64,000 nucleotides of DNA. Source: Convolutriloba macropyga. Taxonomy: Eukaryota. The translations under genes and the position numbers were made by a program. A model generated the notes under the pieces. The model saw only the letters and a program-made list of their open reading frames with translations, was not told where the DNA came from and ran no database searches. Numbering within the stretch: the first letter of the stretch is position 1; each line of letters starts with the position of its first letter. Positions 49,533 to 62,478 of the stretch are shown here, one piece after another. The stretch spans positions 55,428,001 to 55,492,000 of the forward strand of contig NC_134478.1 of the NCBI RefSeq assembly GCF_964194025.1, written 5' to 3'.

Positions 49533-52500
49533 CCACTTGCGTTTAGATCCTTTTTTGGTAGGGAGAATGCTTCGATTTTGTTTCAGTTGTTTCTCATAGT
49601 GAATCTTGACAGCCAAACCTAAAAACATAGCTGGAAAATTTCCAAAAAATAGCCGCCCTTGACCCTCCCTCCCCCCCCCCCCCCCCCCTGCAGGACGTTG
49701 AGATTAAAACAATTAGAAAAAAATGAGGAAAATGACGACAGCCTAATTTTTTTTCGAAGTGTTTAAAAATGTTTTAATTTGGTCCGCAGTTTCATCAATT
49801 TGATAAATATGGTGAAATAAGCCTCTAAATTAGAGAAATAAGCACTAACAGCAATTAGCAGTGCAATCTAGGGAATTTTCATAACTTAATGCACCAAGTC
49901 TTAAACGTTTTGTCTTAGTACCCTGACATTTTGGTCTATCTTGTTTCGTTCGATTCAGCTTTTCGTAAACGCGTAATGTTGCCTAATAAATTCTAAATTC
50001 CATTCAATTGAAACAGAGAGTGAAGTAAGTCAGAAGTCAAAGGTGGAAATGGTGACCAATAAAAAACGAAAAAAAGAGATAAAAACGAATTACAGAAAAC
50101 ATAGCCGGACAAGTCCTGAAATACAATCCAAAGAATTCAATGACAAACTCAAAAAAACACTGCACTTGACTAGCAAACCAATTAACTAACGCCAGCAAAA
50201 CAGTTTCAGATAATTCGAGAAAAACAAAAACATTAGCATCGCTAAAATATTTGGAGCTAATAAAGTTAAAGCCAAACTTATTCAATTGAAAATAACCATT
50301 ATGAGCTCACAAGCTTTAAAAAAAAGTTTATTGGTGCCTTAAGATCGAAAAATTTGAATAATGACAAAAAATAGTGTTAAATTACGCAAAAATTTCCATC
50401 TTCAAAACCATTCCTATGTCTTTAGAAACTATCCAGTACCAATTTTCAAGCCTCAAAGAAAATCGTTCGACCCGTAAAGGTCAAATGACAAAAAATAAAA
50501 TGATTTGAAAAAGAGATGCCAATTTAACTCGGAAGGCAACATCTTGAATTTTCTGGAAGTCTGTAAGTCCACATTTCGAAGTTTCGGGATGTTAATATTT
50601 TCAAAACTAATTGCATATCTCAAAAAAAAACTATTCGATTAATCGCCGTCAAGCCAACAAAAAATTTTTTATTGTCCCCTAAAGTTCGAAACAACAGAAA
50701 ATGACAAAACTTGTCGAAAAATACTACGAATTTGGTTCCTTAAGTTTGCCTTATTAAAACATACAGTTCATTATTGCAAATACAAAACATGGCTCACAAA
50801 ATACCTTATGAACGTCAATTTCAGACACATCAAACACAAAATCTCAAATATGGCAAAAAAAGAACAATTCAACCATTTTAGGCTACAATACAAAAAAGAC
50901 TTTTCACCTTGAGCCTTTCTCAGCAAGTTCAGCATTGTAAGTCTTGAAAGTTTAAAGCCAGCTCGGGTTCTCTAACAAAAATCAGTGCCCACTGTGCGTT
51001 ACCAGTTTATCCAGTTTTGATGGAAAAGTCATAGAAAAATGTGTAAAAATATTTCACAGAAACACACATAAAAGACAGAGCACCTAAAAAATTAAGCATC
51101 TAATAAAATTCTCTCGAATGACAGGCTCGTTCTTGGTTGTAGCTTTGACAGCTTAACGGGATAGCTTGAATACGGGGATCTTAACTTACCAAACATCAAA
51201 ATTGACGTTCACGCCACGAAGTTCTGGATCATCAGAAGCTTTTGTGAGCCGCAAACTTGGAGCTCACTTAGGTTCTATAAGATCTAACAGCAACTTCATT
51301 CCCTAAGGATTTACCAATCAATTTTTTCGACAAAACTAAAATCAATCAAGGAAAAATTATAATCAATTAAGGAGCAGAAAAGCGTTCCCAACAAAAACGG
51401 GCGAGCAAAAAGAATTACGTAGAGAGCTGGTAGATTGCCGGAAAATAGCTGCAATACTTCTAAGGACATGTAGTCTCAAAACAATAGAAGAAATAGCATA
51501 AAAAGTTTTTAAGAAACAAAAACAAGAGTATTCCTAATGAGGTCGTGAGAGTGTGAAAAATTAGAGAGTGACATTGAAATTATTCACATGAATGAACAAA
51601 AAGCTGTAAAAACAATGAACATGACGTCATGCACGCAATGCTGTCGAAGTTGCATGACTAAATTAACAAAAAGCTGGTTTGAAGTGCGCATGGCGTCACT
51701 GGGTGTAAAAAAACAGCTGACGACGAAAAGAAAAACCCAAGTATCTATTAAAAAAGACAAATACAAGTAAAATAAGTACATCCAAACTTTTGTTGGAGAG
51801 CCAGCAAAAATAAATACTCCCGTATTTTTAGTGCACAGAAGTCCTCCTCCACGCTGTTCTAAAACAACTCAACATTCATATTCACCAGTTTGCAACCAGA
51901 TAGTCAAAAATCACACGGAAATCGATCATCTTTGATTTGAAGAAACTTGTTAGACGGTAAAACATGCTAATGCTTCAAAGAAACCGCATCAAAGCACATA
52001 GAAAATCATGCTCGATCAAGACCAAGCTGTGCGTAAATGTACAATAAACGAAATTATTCATTAAGAGTTGGGCGAAAATCTAAACAAAATCATACCTCCA
52101 TGGCCAGTCAAGGAATCAGATCATATTGGATAGGAAACGAGGAGCTCACGAAAATGAACAACCTTTACTTATCATTGTTTGATTGATGAAAACATTAAAG
52201 AACGTTGTAATGTAGATGCTATTTATGGTCTCATCATACGTCCGTGCATTTCCTTATATATTAATTTGAGTTTCTGAATAAATTGCTAAGTATACTTTAC
52301 GACCTCGTAGAGAAAAGATAATGCGGTAGTTTTTGCTCAGTCAATTTCAAAATTGTCTTGCAATTATCTCAACAAAATTATAAAGCGTTTGGAAGTTATA
52401 AAGGGATGAATAATTTTTCAATTAAATTGTACAACATGATTTGACAACCCCTAGCAAACAATTTGATAATGAATTAATAAAACCAATACAGGGCCTTACA

Positions 52501-54559
52501 CTATCTTGGTTTGCCTCTTCGGGGAGTGATTTAGATTTGGTTCAAGTCCTTTAATGGATCACAACCTGAATGAAAAAAGTAATACTTGAACGTCTTTAAC
52601 GCTTCGCGGAGTCGTATTTAAAATCAATATAAACAATGTTCTCACCAACATTTAAGATTTTATCTACCTCAAAACTTTGAACAAAACAATTTCTTCAATT
52701 TCCCAAACCAGAGGCGTCCATGAATCTAAAAACAAAATCAAATCAATGCAGAAAGTTCTTATATCGATTCGACAAAATTTAAACAATATCAGTTCAATAC
52801 TTATACAAAAAAAGTCTGACACTTTTTAAATTGTCAAATGAAGTGCGCGAAGCAATTTCTTAAAATGACTTTTAAGAAAATTAGAAAAAAATTAAAATTC
52901 AGTTATCCAAAAATATATGAAATAAACGATTAGTTGATTAAATGTTGGAATTATACTAGCATATATCTATGACCTAAAGATGTTCTTAGAAACATAGTAG
53001 ACAACAGTAACTGATGAAGTTTTCTCGTTTCCAATTCTTTAGCATCAGCGTTTTGACAACAATTGCGTTACTCATTAAAAATTAATCATTATATTGATCA
53101 TTAAAACTATTCACTCGACAATGACCTACTTCAAATTCAGATATTGAACACCTGGACGGGTTAACGCAATTGGTTGCCTGGAAACAAAATAAAAGAACGA
53201 AAAAAATTCACCGTAAAGCAAATTCACCGTAAATACAACTGAAAAATTCAAATTATTGTTCCCACCCCTCTTAAGGGGGGAGGAACTATATACTCAAATG
53301 GGTTTTTTTGTTCAGTCAATTTTGGCCGATCGATGTATTCATCGTAGAGAGTTGAGACTGGTATCATTAGAAAGCTTGCACAGCGTAGAATATGGAATTA
53401 AAAAGAATTTTTATATTTTCGTATTTGACAGGGAGATATCGAGGTTTAAACTTTCGAGAAAATCGAGTGAATTCCGTTGATTTCATCCACTTTTTCGGAA
53501 TTTTTGACTAAAATTCAGCCAATTTTGATAAAATTTAATAATTTTTTTTATGAAAATGTTGTTGATTTTACGTTTAAAGACAAAATACATTGTTGGCTAT
53601 TTTCATTGAATTTTCGTTGCCACCAATTCCGGCTAGAAATTTCACAAAATTCAGACTTCATCAAAAACAGCACGAAATAAGTTTTTTTAGTCCACTCTGA
53701 TTAAATTTGCAGGAAGTGCACACCCAAACACCACTAACACAATTTTTGTAGACTGAAAAGGGGGCTAATTCCACTTCAACTTCCGTTGAGACTGCTCTGT
53801 AAATAAAACTTTGCCGTTTTTTGCTAACTTTATTCGTTGATTATCAAAAACGCAGCATTTACTTTTGATTTTTTAGCACAAAAAATATCTAAATCAAAGA
53901 AATTCCAAAATTTAAATATTCCTGACGGACAATAAACATTAGCAGGAATAGTTCTGTACCAATCTTGGACCGTTACAGTCCAAACAAATTCGGATTGTCA
54001 TCAGTCGGTTTTTTATTTAAAAAAATCGATCTTTTTTATATTAAATAAACAACAAAACATTTCAAATCAAAGATCACTAGTGATAGGTCCTATTGGCTAT
54101 ATAAAAAAAATGGCTTATTGAACTTTGCCTCCATTTTTCTCATACTTTGGTCAACGTGTAGCTTAGTGTCAGCCATCAAAGAGTGCTGCTTCTTTCTGCT
54201 GAATTCAAATTTAGTATTTATTGCGGTTGTACGCCTTAAGTTATGGTGTTCTGGCTTCGATACTACTAGATTTCACAATTTTTTTTTTAATTTTTAGGTT
54301 TTTGCCCATTTTTCATGTTTTCTAATTTTGTCGACTTATCACGTTATTGTCAGTTCATATATCACATTTTTCGCGTTAAAAGTAACGCGCAATTGATAAT
54401 ATTTAAATCCTTAAAGATATAGAATGTGGTTTTTTACCACTTCGACAATACTTTCTCGAAGAATTTAATTGAATTTTTTAATTTTGTATTTAACTGTCGT
54501 TTTTACTTTGTCTTTTTAGTCGTATTTAAATTCCTGTACAATGACCGGGTTTGATTGAC

Positions 54560-55700
54560 TTTTCCTGGAAGAGTAGATGAGCCGATGTTCTGATATTAGA
54601 AGATAGATAATGGCTTTCATGACTTTGGAAACAATTGTTTTCCAAAATGAAAAAAAAGCATTTCAACTTCGCAATTTTGTTCCTTTTATTGTCTGTTTGT
54701 TACCTGGTCTCGTCAATTAAAGGTTAAAAATGACAATATTTTTGTCAAGAGAAGATGTCAAAAGGGATTGTTTCACAAAATCTATTGTTTTAAAGATTTC
54801 GTTATGAATTTACTGGCTTCGACACGGATTTTTTCACAAAAAAGTAAATTAATTTTTGATTTTTGTCATATGTGACGTTCTTTTTGTAGACGTAAGACAT
54901 GTTCTGGATAATTGCAGGTCTCGAGGGCGTCCTTTGGAAGAATAAACGAACCTATTCAATTTTTTCATTTTGTAAGTAATGGCTTTCATGTCTTTAGAAA
55001 TAAATTTTTTTCGATAAAAACAAGTTTTACATAATCTCGCTTTTTATCTTTTTGGTCTAATTGTTACCTAGTATCATTAAAGAGAGTTCACATAATATAT
55101 TTCAAGGGAAGGTGTCAAAAGGGATTGGAGTCACCAAAATTTATGTTTTAAGAGAATTCGTTATGACTTTACTGGGTTCCACACGGGTTTTTCACAGAAA
55201 AAAGTAAATGGCTTTTTGATTTTTGTCATATTTGACGTTCTTTTCGTAGACGTAAGACATATTCTGGATAATTGCAGGTCTCAAGGGCTTCCTTTGGAAA
55301 AATGGATCAACCTATTCAACTTTTTCATTTTGTAATTAATGGCTTCCATGGCTTTGGAAAAAAAAAATTTTTCGAAAAAAAACAAGTATTAAATAATTTT
55401 GCATTTTTTTCTTTTTTGTCTAATTGTTGCTTATTTTCATTAATGAGCGGCCACATAAAACATTATCGTTATTCAACGAAGGTGTAATCGAACATATTTT
55501 GGGGGCCAAAGTATGGCTTTACGGCTTCGAAAGCATTTTCTGGCAAGTTCTATTTGATTTTTAGTTTGTTGTCTATTTGTTGTTCTTTTTGTAACTGCAT
55601 AAAAAATTGAAACCTAAGAGTTCTTAATTCCCGTCTATAGAAGCATTGGTAATTGTAAACCTAAGGGATATTTTGATTGATTCCTAATGGTTTTCATTAC
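54560..55700 (+). repeat. Diverged ~360-bp tandem repeat (about 3 units)
   Basis: Recurrent aatggctttcatg..., gtcaaaagggattg... and gtagacgtaagacat.ttctggataattgcaggtctc. Confidence 0.8.
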
Positions 55701-57656
55701 TTTGAAATTAATTTTTTTTTAAATTCAGCGAACTTTCTAACTTTAAAGTTTCTGTTCTTTTTGTCTAATTGTTACCAGGCTTTATTATGAACTGGCAAAT
55801 AACCATTTTTTCAGGTGAATTACAAGTTGTTTTGTTTATTTTCAGTTTTATCTGACGGTATTTTGACTTTGTTACTAAGTTTTGTTTTTTTAAAACGGAC
55901 ATAAATTTTTTGATGTAATTAATGTTTGTTGTTGTTGTTGTTGTTTGATTTTGCCGTTCGTCTTCGCTCGTTTTCTTAATATCGGCATATCACATCAATC
56001 TAATACATTTTTTTTTACTCCACTGGGTTATTTGCTTTGGAGGCTATCTTTTCGTTCATACACCAGTTTTTTTTTGAAAAACACTTGAATTTTTTTTTGT
56101 TTTTCTATCTGTTCCTCATTTGGTAGATAATTATGCCAAAATTGTGGATGAGCGGGGTCGGAACCTTACGTGCAATCGCACATTACCGAGCCACCTTGTT
56201 TGTTCTAGTAGAGAAGGCATTTTTTCAACAGAGGATCCAAAAGATTATTTTTGGATGCTCGGTTGAAAAATGGTCGGCTAATTGAATATTGGAGCAGAAA
56301 AAGGAAAGCCATGACCTGTCAAGGAATTAAATAGAAGCTCACGAAGTTTACTTTTCACTGATAAATAACTTTGATTATTCAGTGGAAAACCATTTAAGCA
56401 ACCTCCATTTATGATTGTTTGATTGATGATCAACATGGGGCTGTTTTTAAAGTAGATGGTATGGAGCTCCTCACGCGTTCATGCTTTTCCTTGTATATTA
56501 AAGTGTGTTTCTAAGAAAGAAGCGAAAGCTCCTTTTTACGTCCGTGTAGAGGGAGGACAATCAGGTAGTTTTTGCTGTCATTTTTTGGTATTTTTTAAAA
56601 AAAATGTATTAAAAAAGTTCAAAAAAACAGAAAAAGATAGGAAATATTTTCTATTATTTTGTAACTTCGAACAACCAATTTTTTATGATATAATTCAATG
56701 AAATTGGTTGCTAGAGGTAACTCATGTTGTACAAATTAATAAATATTATTTTATCCCTTTTTTCAAACCAATGGATTTCACGTAAAGTGCAAACTAAATG
56801 TTGATACTAAATTGTGATTAACGGTTGATTGTACCCATTAACTCTCGATTGATGCAAAAAGTTCAAATCCGAAAAATAATGATAAAACCAGAAAGCAGAA
56901 ATCTTAGCTTAAATAGGATATTTTGACCGTTTAGTGGTCAGTCAAGATCACGAGCACTGATAGAGTTTAGATTTACATCCATTACGAGGGAAAATGAAAA
57001 CCCAATTTACAAGCAATTGACAAAGTGATTAAAATTCAAACTTTTCCTGAATTCACAATCTACAAAAAAACTAACTGAAGAACTCTCCAATGCCTATACC
57101 TTGCGTATTTGTCAGCAAGAACTGTATAAAACCAAGATCAAAAAATGAACTTCAATCTTTTTTCAGATTGCATGCATTATTTTTGGATGTTCATTCGATT
57201 TTAAAAAACTTACATATTATACGGTCTAATTCAATTGGCATGATGGACGATTTCAAGATGACAATTTACTCCTCTCTTAGGTTAAACCCAGTGATTACCC
57301 TCCCAACTAACAGTAGCATTGTAGAGCAGCATTGAAATCTGATACTTCCCTTAAGTTGTTCTGGAATCCACAGATTATGAGCATGTCATTTTTTTCCTTC
57401 TTCAGGTTATAAACAATACTGAACAAGTTATTCTGGAAACAAATAGACAACTGAAAAACCAAATACTGGGTTTATAAAGTTTAAATATACTCGGAACTGC
57501 CTATTGTTGAAAATTAGTTTTCGGGGATAGTGATTCAACCAAAACAGATGATACGGAGTTCAGGCCTATAAATGTTAACTTGGCAAGGTATTTTTTAAAT
57601 CAGGAGGCAAGAGATTGCCTGAAAGAGCAGCTAGAGCTACCTTCAGCTAAAATCTC

Positions 57657-60190
57657 ATGACCAAAGCCGTTCCATTCAAAACTGAGTCTTTTCAATAGAA
57701 GATCTGTTTACCGAAAAACCAAAGAAACTAATATATTGATTGATTAACACAAAGCCGATATTCTGGTTAATAATAAGACATGGCTTAAAGGGGATGACGA
57801 TGTGTTCTCGTTGCACCAAATCTGCAATCAAACAGGTGCAAAATTTTTTTTAGATATTTCAACAGTAAATACGCCACAGATGATGGACTTGCAATCTTAT
57901 TCAAAATTTTTTTCACAACTGCGTTACTTTATTGTTGCGTTACTGCAGACCATGAATTACATTTACTGAGGTTTAGTTATTTCAGAATTACTTTCCTTGT
58001 TGCTGCTGTTTATAGACCACCAAAGAGAAATTTGAAAGATTAACTTGACGCTTTTTTGATAAGGTTCTTTTCTGATTGCCTTGATGAGCCCATTGTTATA
58101 TTAGGTTACTTCAATGTACATGTGAATGATGACAATGCGTCATCAAAAAAATTTTAAAGATGTTTCATTTGAGTTTGACTTAGTACAAAATGCCCTTCAA
58201 CCAAAACACAATAAGGGCAACATTCTGGATCTTATGATCAGTAATACTTCTGCCATTTTGAAAGATGTCGATATCGATGAAACAACACCTAGCGTCTATC
58301 TTATCTTTACTTGCTTACTCGAATCAATTGTTATCTGTAACAAAAAAAGGTGAAAACTTTTAGCCCCTAAGCCAAAGTTTCATGGGAACTTTTATCCAAT
58401 GATTTGACCCTGATAATAAACTTAAACGATCATATAAATCATCCTGAATGGAGGCCAAAATTTTAGTAGATTTAATGCGCCTTCCTATTGATGAACATGC
58501 TCTCACAGGCCGCAAATATTTTAATGAACTTAGGTTTTGTGATAATTTACGTCAGCTAAAGCGTATCGAACGAAAAGCTGAACGAGCCTATCGAAAACAT
58601 CCGAATTTAACGAACAGATTAATATACCGTGAAAAACTAGCCGATTCTAAGCTGGCATTTGCTACAAAAAAAAATGAAAGTACCTTGAAACTAACCGCCT
58701 TGAAAGATTTACTTGGGACAAATTAATATTGAAATTCTGCCACAAACTACTAAGTGCGAATAAAAACTTGCCGAAGATTTAAAGGCTTTATTTCTTGACA
58801 CTGTAGATAAGCTAACTACGGCCAAGACCATGCTTATTTCAACTGGTCAAAAAATATCTTTAATGATGCAACTCGAAACTATGAACGAGTACTGATGTTC
58901 AACTTCATGAAATCAACGATTAATGATGTCATTGAGGCTGCAAATTACGTCTCTGAGTCTACATCTCCAGATGTGCTTTAAAACAGAAAATCAAAAACTC
59001 TTGTGTATGAATTGAGCAAAATTACTCTGCGACCTTATAAACACTTGTTTTGAGATGAAAGTTTTTCAGAGCGTGTTCACGAAATCGGTTATATTCCCAT
59101 CACATAACAAAGTGAAATTAGACCCACATTACACTTTTGATACAATCAGTCATTACTTAATACATATAATTTTAACGAAATATGCAAAGTTAAGCCCCCG
59201 TGCACCTCAATTTATGAGTTCCTACTTAACTGACCGTAAACAATACGTAACGATAAATGGGAGAAGATCATCACATCGCAAACGAATAATGGATGTACAC
59301 CAAGGGTTGCTTATTAGACCGATTTTATTTTCATTATTTCTTACTCCAATGTCACTAGTTATGTTAAAGACATCTTTGAAGCATCACGTTTATGCTGATG
59401 ATATCACTCTATATTTTCCTGTTAACGAAAGCAATATTCACGGAGATTCAATAAATATGACGTGCAACTCATTATTGACTGAATTAATAGATTTGGCTGA
59501 TCTTTAAAGGCCAGTGAGAGAAAAATCTACCTCTTTAAGTTTCAAACATAAGTTACATTTTAACACTTATGACATATGTCAACTAATGAAAAAACATAGC
59601 GATTCTATTGAAACACTTGGAAGTACTATAGATCGCTTTGTTAGACTAGATACGCAATTTGATCTAGTTTGTATATCCTGTTACTTCCAACTACGCAAAC
59701 TGAATATTTTCTCTCATGAACTTCCCCGGGGAAAAGTTTTTCTAGTGAGGACGCTTATCTTATCGAGGCTCGGCTATTGAAACAGTCTATATTTCCCTAA
59801 ACGAAAGTTGTTAAATAAATTAAAAAGAGTGCAAATTGCTGCTTGTCGATTTATTTATGGTCCGCGAAAGCGTTCCAGCATCACTATGTATATACATGAT
59901 CTACATTGTCTTCCTATTTCATATCGGATTCGTTTTGAAGTTTTATGTACATCGTGTTATTTAAGAACTTTTCTGTGCCTTTGTATATAAGATCCGTATT
60001 TGAATTAAAAAAGAGTACTCGTCTTATCAATTTAACTATTCTAGAAGTAAGAACAAATTTTGGAAAAACGCAGCCTGAAATTTACTGGAGCACAACTTTG
60101 CAATTACTTACCGCAAAATTTGAAATCGATTGAAAAGCATGAGATATTTGAATCTAAACTAAAGACCCATTATTTCAGTTATTATTCTTA
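57657..60190 (+). mobile_element. Decayed non-LTR retrotransposon ORF2 (L2/CR1 group): APE endonuclease plus RT
   Basis: TWL, VYRPP, degenerate GDFN, GNILDL; degenerate GVPQG..L.P.LF; YADD; L2-like C-terminus (ILSRL.Y, LKRVQ.AA.R.I.G, LH.LPI..RI.F, KLKTHYF). The RT is internally deleted. Confidence 0.85.
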
Positions 60191-60329
60191 AAAATTAGGT
60201 ACTATTTTCAGTTTTAATTATGAGCTCAAAAGTCTGCCTTGTATCGAGGAAGAAATTTTGCCAAAAAAAAATCAAATTCAGCAAATCTATTCTAATCCTC
60301 GCAAAAGAGGAGTCACATTCGTGAACGCT

Positions 60330-60872
60330 ATGGCCCTCGAAGCAAAATTATCAAGAATAAAGGATATGAGCCTTGTCATAAAATTATTTTGGGCTCTTCT
60401 TCTCTTATTTTTGCTATCTTTTTGGCCAAAAACAGTCACAATCTCCTGTCCGGGTGGTCAAATCACCACCATGTGTTCTCCTGAGGTTGCACGTGATATC
60501 TGGTGGTACAATCCGAAAAAAGTTAATAGCTATGGGAAGAGCAAATAACTCTTGAGTTAGTTTGATCGCAATGGCCATCAAATTGTGCACCCTAGACAAT
60601 TTAGAGACGAAATGCTTGAAGCACTTATATTTTAGCTAAAATGTGGTTATAATATTGCATTGATGGGATTAAGTAGTCGAGAGAAGGAGTAGGAGGAGAT
60701 AAGTCATTTGAATAGGTTTTACCAACAGTTGGCCAAAGAACTAGGTATCAAATTCTTCAGAACCAAGAAGATCCGACATAGAGCTCATATCTCATCAGGC
60801 GAGTTGCACCCTTCTCCGAACGGAGTCCGACAACTGACCAAGGACTTCTACGACTCTTTGAAGAATTTCTAA
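60330..60872 (+). pseudogene. SGNH/GDSL esterase-like remnant
   Basis: Blocks in order across frameshifts: IILGSS, ISCPGG, MG.AN, and ISSGELHPSPNGVRQL (degenerate DxxH). Confidence 0.5.
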
Positions 60873-62307
60873 CTACGTAATAATGTATTTTGTTTTAAAA
60901 TTGTTTTAAACTACTTCTTTCAGCGTTTATTTACCCAAGCTAATTTAAGAGCAGGCGGTCTTCCTTTACTCAGATGCTTTCTTTGCGTCAATTTTTCCGA
61001 GCTCATCTTAGAGCCCGCGGATTTTGATACTTGTGATGCATCAATATACCCAGCTAATTTTATAGCCGGTGCATTTTTTTTATCTTACTGGGAACGATGT
61101 ACGGGCGAACGTGTTAAGGATATCAACGAACGAATTATTCAGATGTACCGCCATTTCAACTGCAGCTACAAAGTCACTTCTGAGTATCAGAAGTTTTAAA
61201 ATAAAACCAGATGATGATGATGATGTTGAAAACGCAAACATTTTTTAGGGACCTCGATTTTAAAAACTAAAAAAAAAAACACGAGACCAGCGACAATTTA
61301 TTGTATTTCTTTTATTGACCTACACCAACAAATGTGGGCCCATTGCTCTCAAGCAACCCGAGAGGCGTTGGTTTTAGTAGTAGGTAGCTAACTTCTTTAA
61401 GTGGGTTTGTGGGGCGGGCTCAAACTTCCGAAATTGATTTCCCATAATGAAATTAAACACTTTTTTAAAAACCAGTAGAGCTCTAGCAGCACTGAACACA
61501 GAGTTAATGCCCTCAGACTTTACCAATTAGTCAAACCAAATATCGATCAACCGAAGAATCCCATAAAGAACAACAGGGCCTGAATAATTGATACAGTTTG
61601 GGAGCCATAAAACCTAATCCTTAGTCAAAATTTAAGCAAAAAACGTTTTATTTTTTAATAAAGAACTAATGCTTAAAAGAAAGAACCCTTAATAAAGTTA
61701 CGTTTCATTATTGAAATTGAGTTTTACCAATTGATGCAAGTCAACAGTAGGATTTCACTACGGCACTAGGGCTTGGGCTCTAGAAAAATTGGTATTGTTA
61801 AGTGATATTAAAAGAGACAAGTTTTCAGAATTTAATCGATTCTGCTGCTGACTTTCAGCAAGTCTGGCATTGCGAGACCCATCGATGGACGCCATGCAAT
61901 TCTGGAGCGCTACAATAGCCAGTCTTCTTTCTGCTAAAATGTGTTTAATCGCATATTTCTCAAGAGCTCAAACCACTTTTGCAAAATAAGCATCTTTTTG
62001 GATTTGAACCCTCGTGGTTTGTTTTCACTTGGTGTAGATTTTCATATGAAATGTCCAGTTCTTGAAAAACAAAGAAAAAAATTGTCCCTAATCGATAGAG
62101 CACTCCCCAGTTACAATTATAGTGAAATAGGTTGGAACTCCGAACAAACCGCATCAAATGTCATATTAAATCATTTTGTTTCAACCTACGAGTCCAATAG
62201 ATCAGGAAAAAAATAGTCCAAGAATTATTCACTGCAGCATCAAAATTTAATTTGACGGGTTGTTATTAACTGGTGAGCTGAGCTACTTTTTCGCTGACAA
62301 AAAAATC

Positions 62308-62478
62308 GGTCTATTCTGTTCCCCCCCCCCCCCCCCCCCCCAATGTTTTTTATGACCCCCAATTACAAATTATATGTTGTCATATAGTACTATAGTTACT
62401 ATGTAAGAAAATAGCACGTGCACCGGGGGGTCAAAAACTTATGCTCACTAAGCTTGGGTGGGGAAACAGAATAGATCC
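62308..62478. mobile_element. MITE, same family
   Basis: TIRs GG(A)TCTATTCTGTT../..AACAGAATAGATCC and a 9-bp TSD AAAAAAATC. Confidence 0.75.

Noticed and set aside
61727-61934. Exon-like minus-strand segment with AG/GT boundaries
   Set aside because: Stops in all three frames and no link to a gene can be shown.
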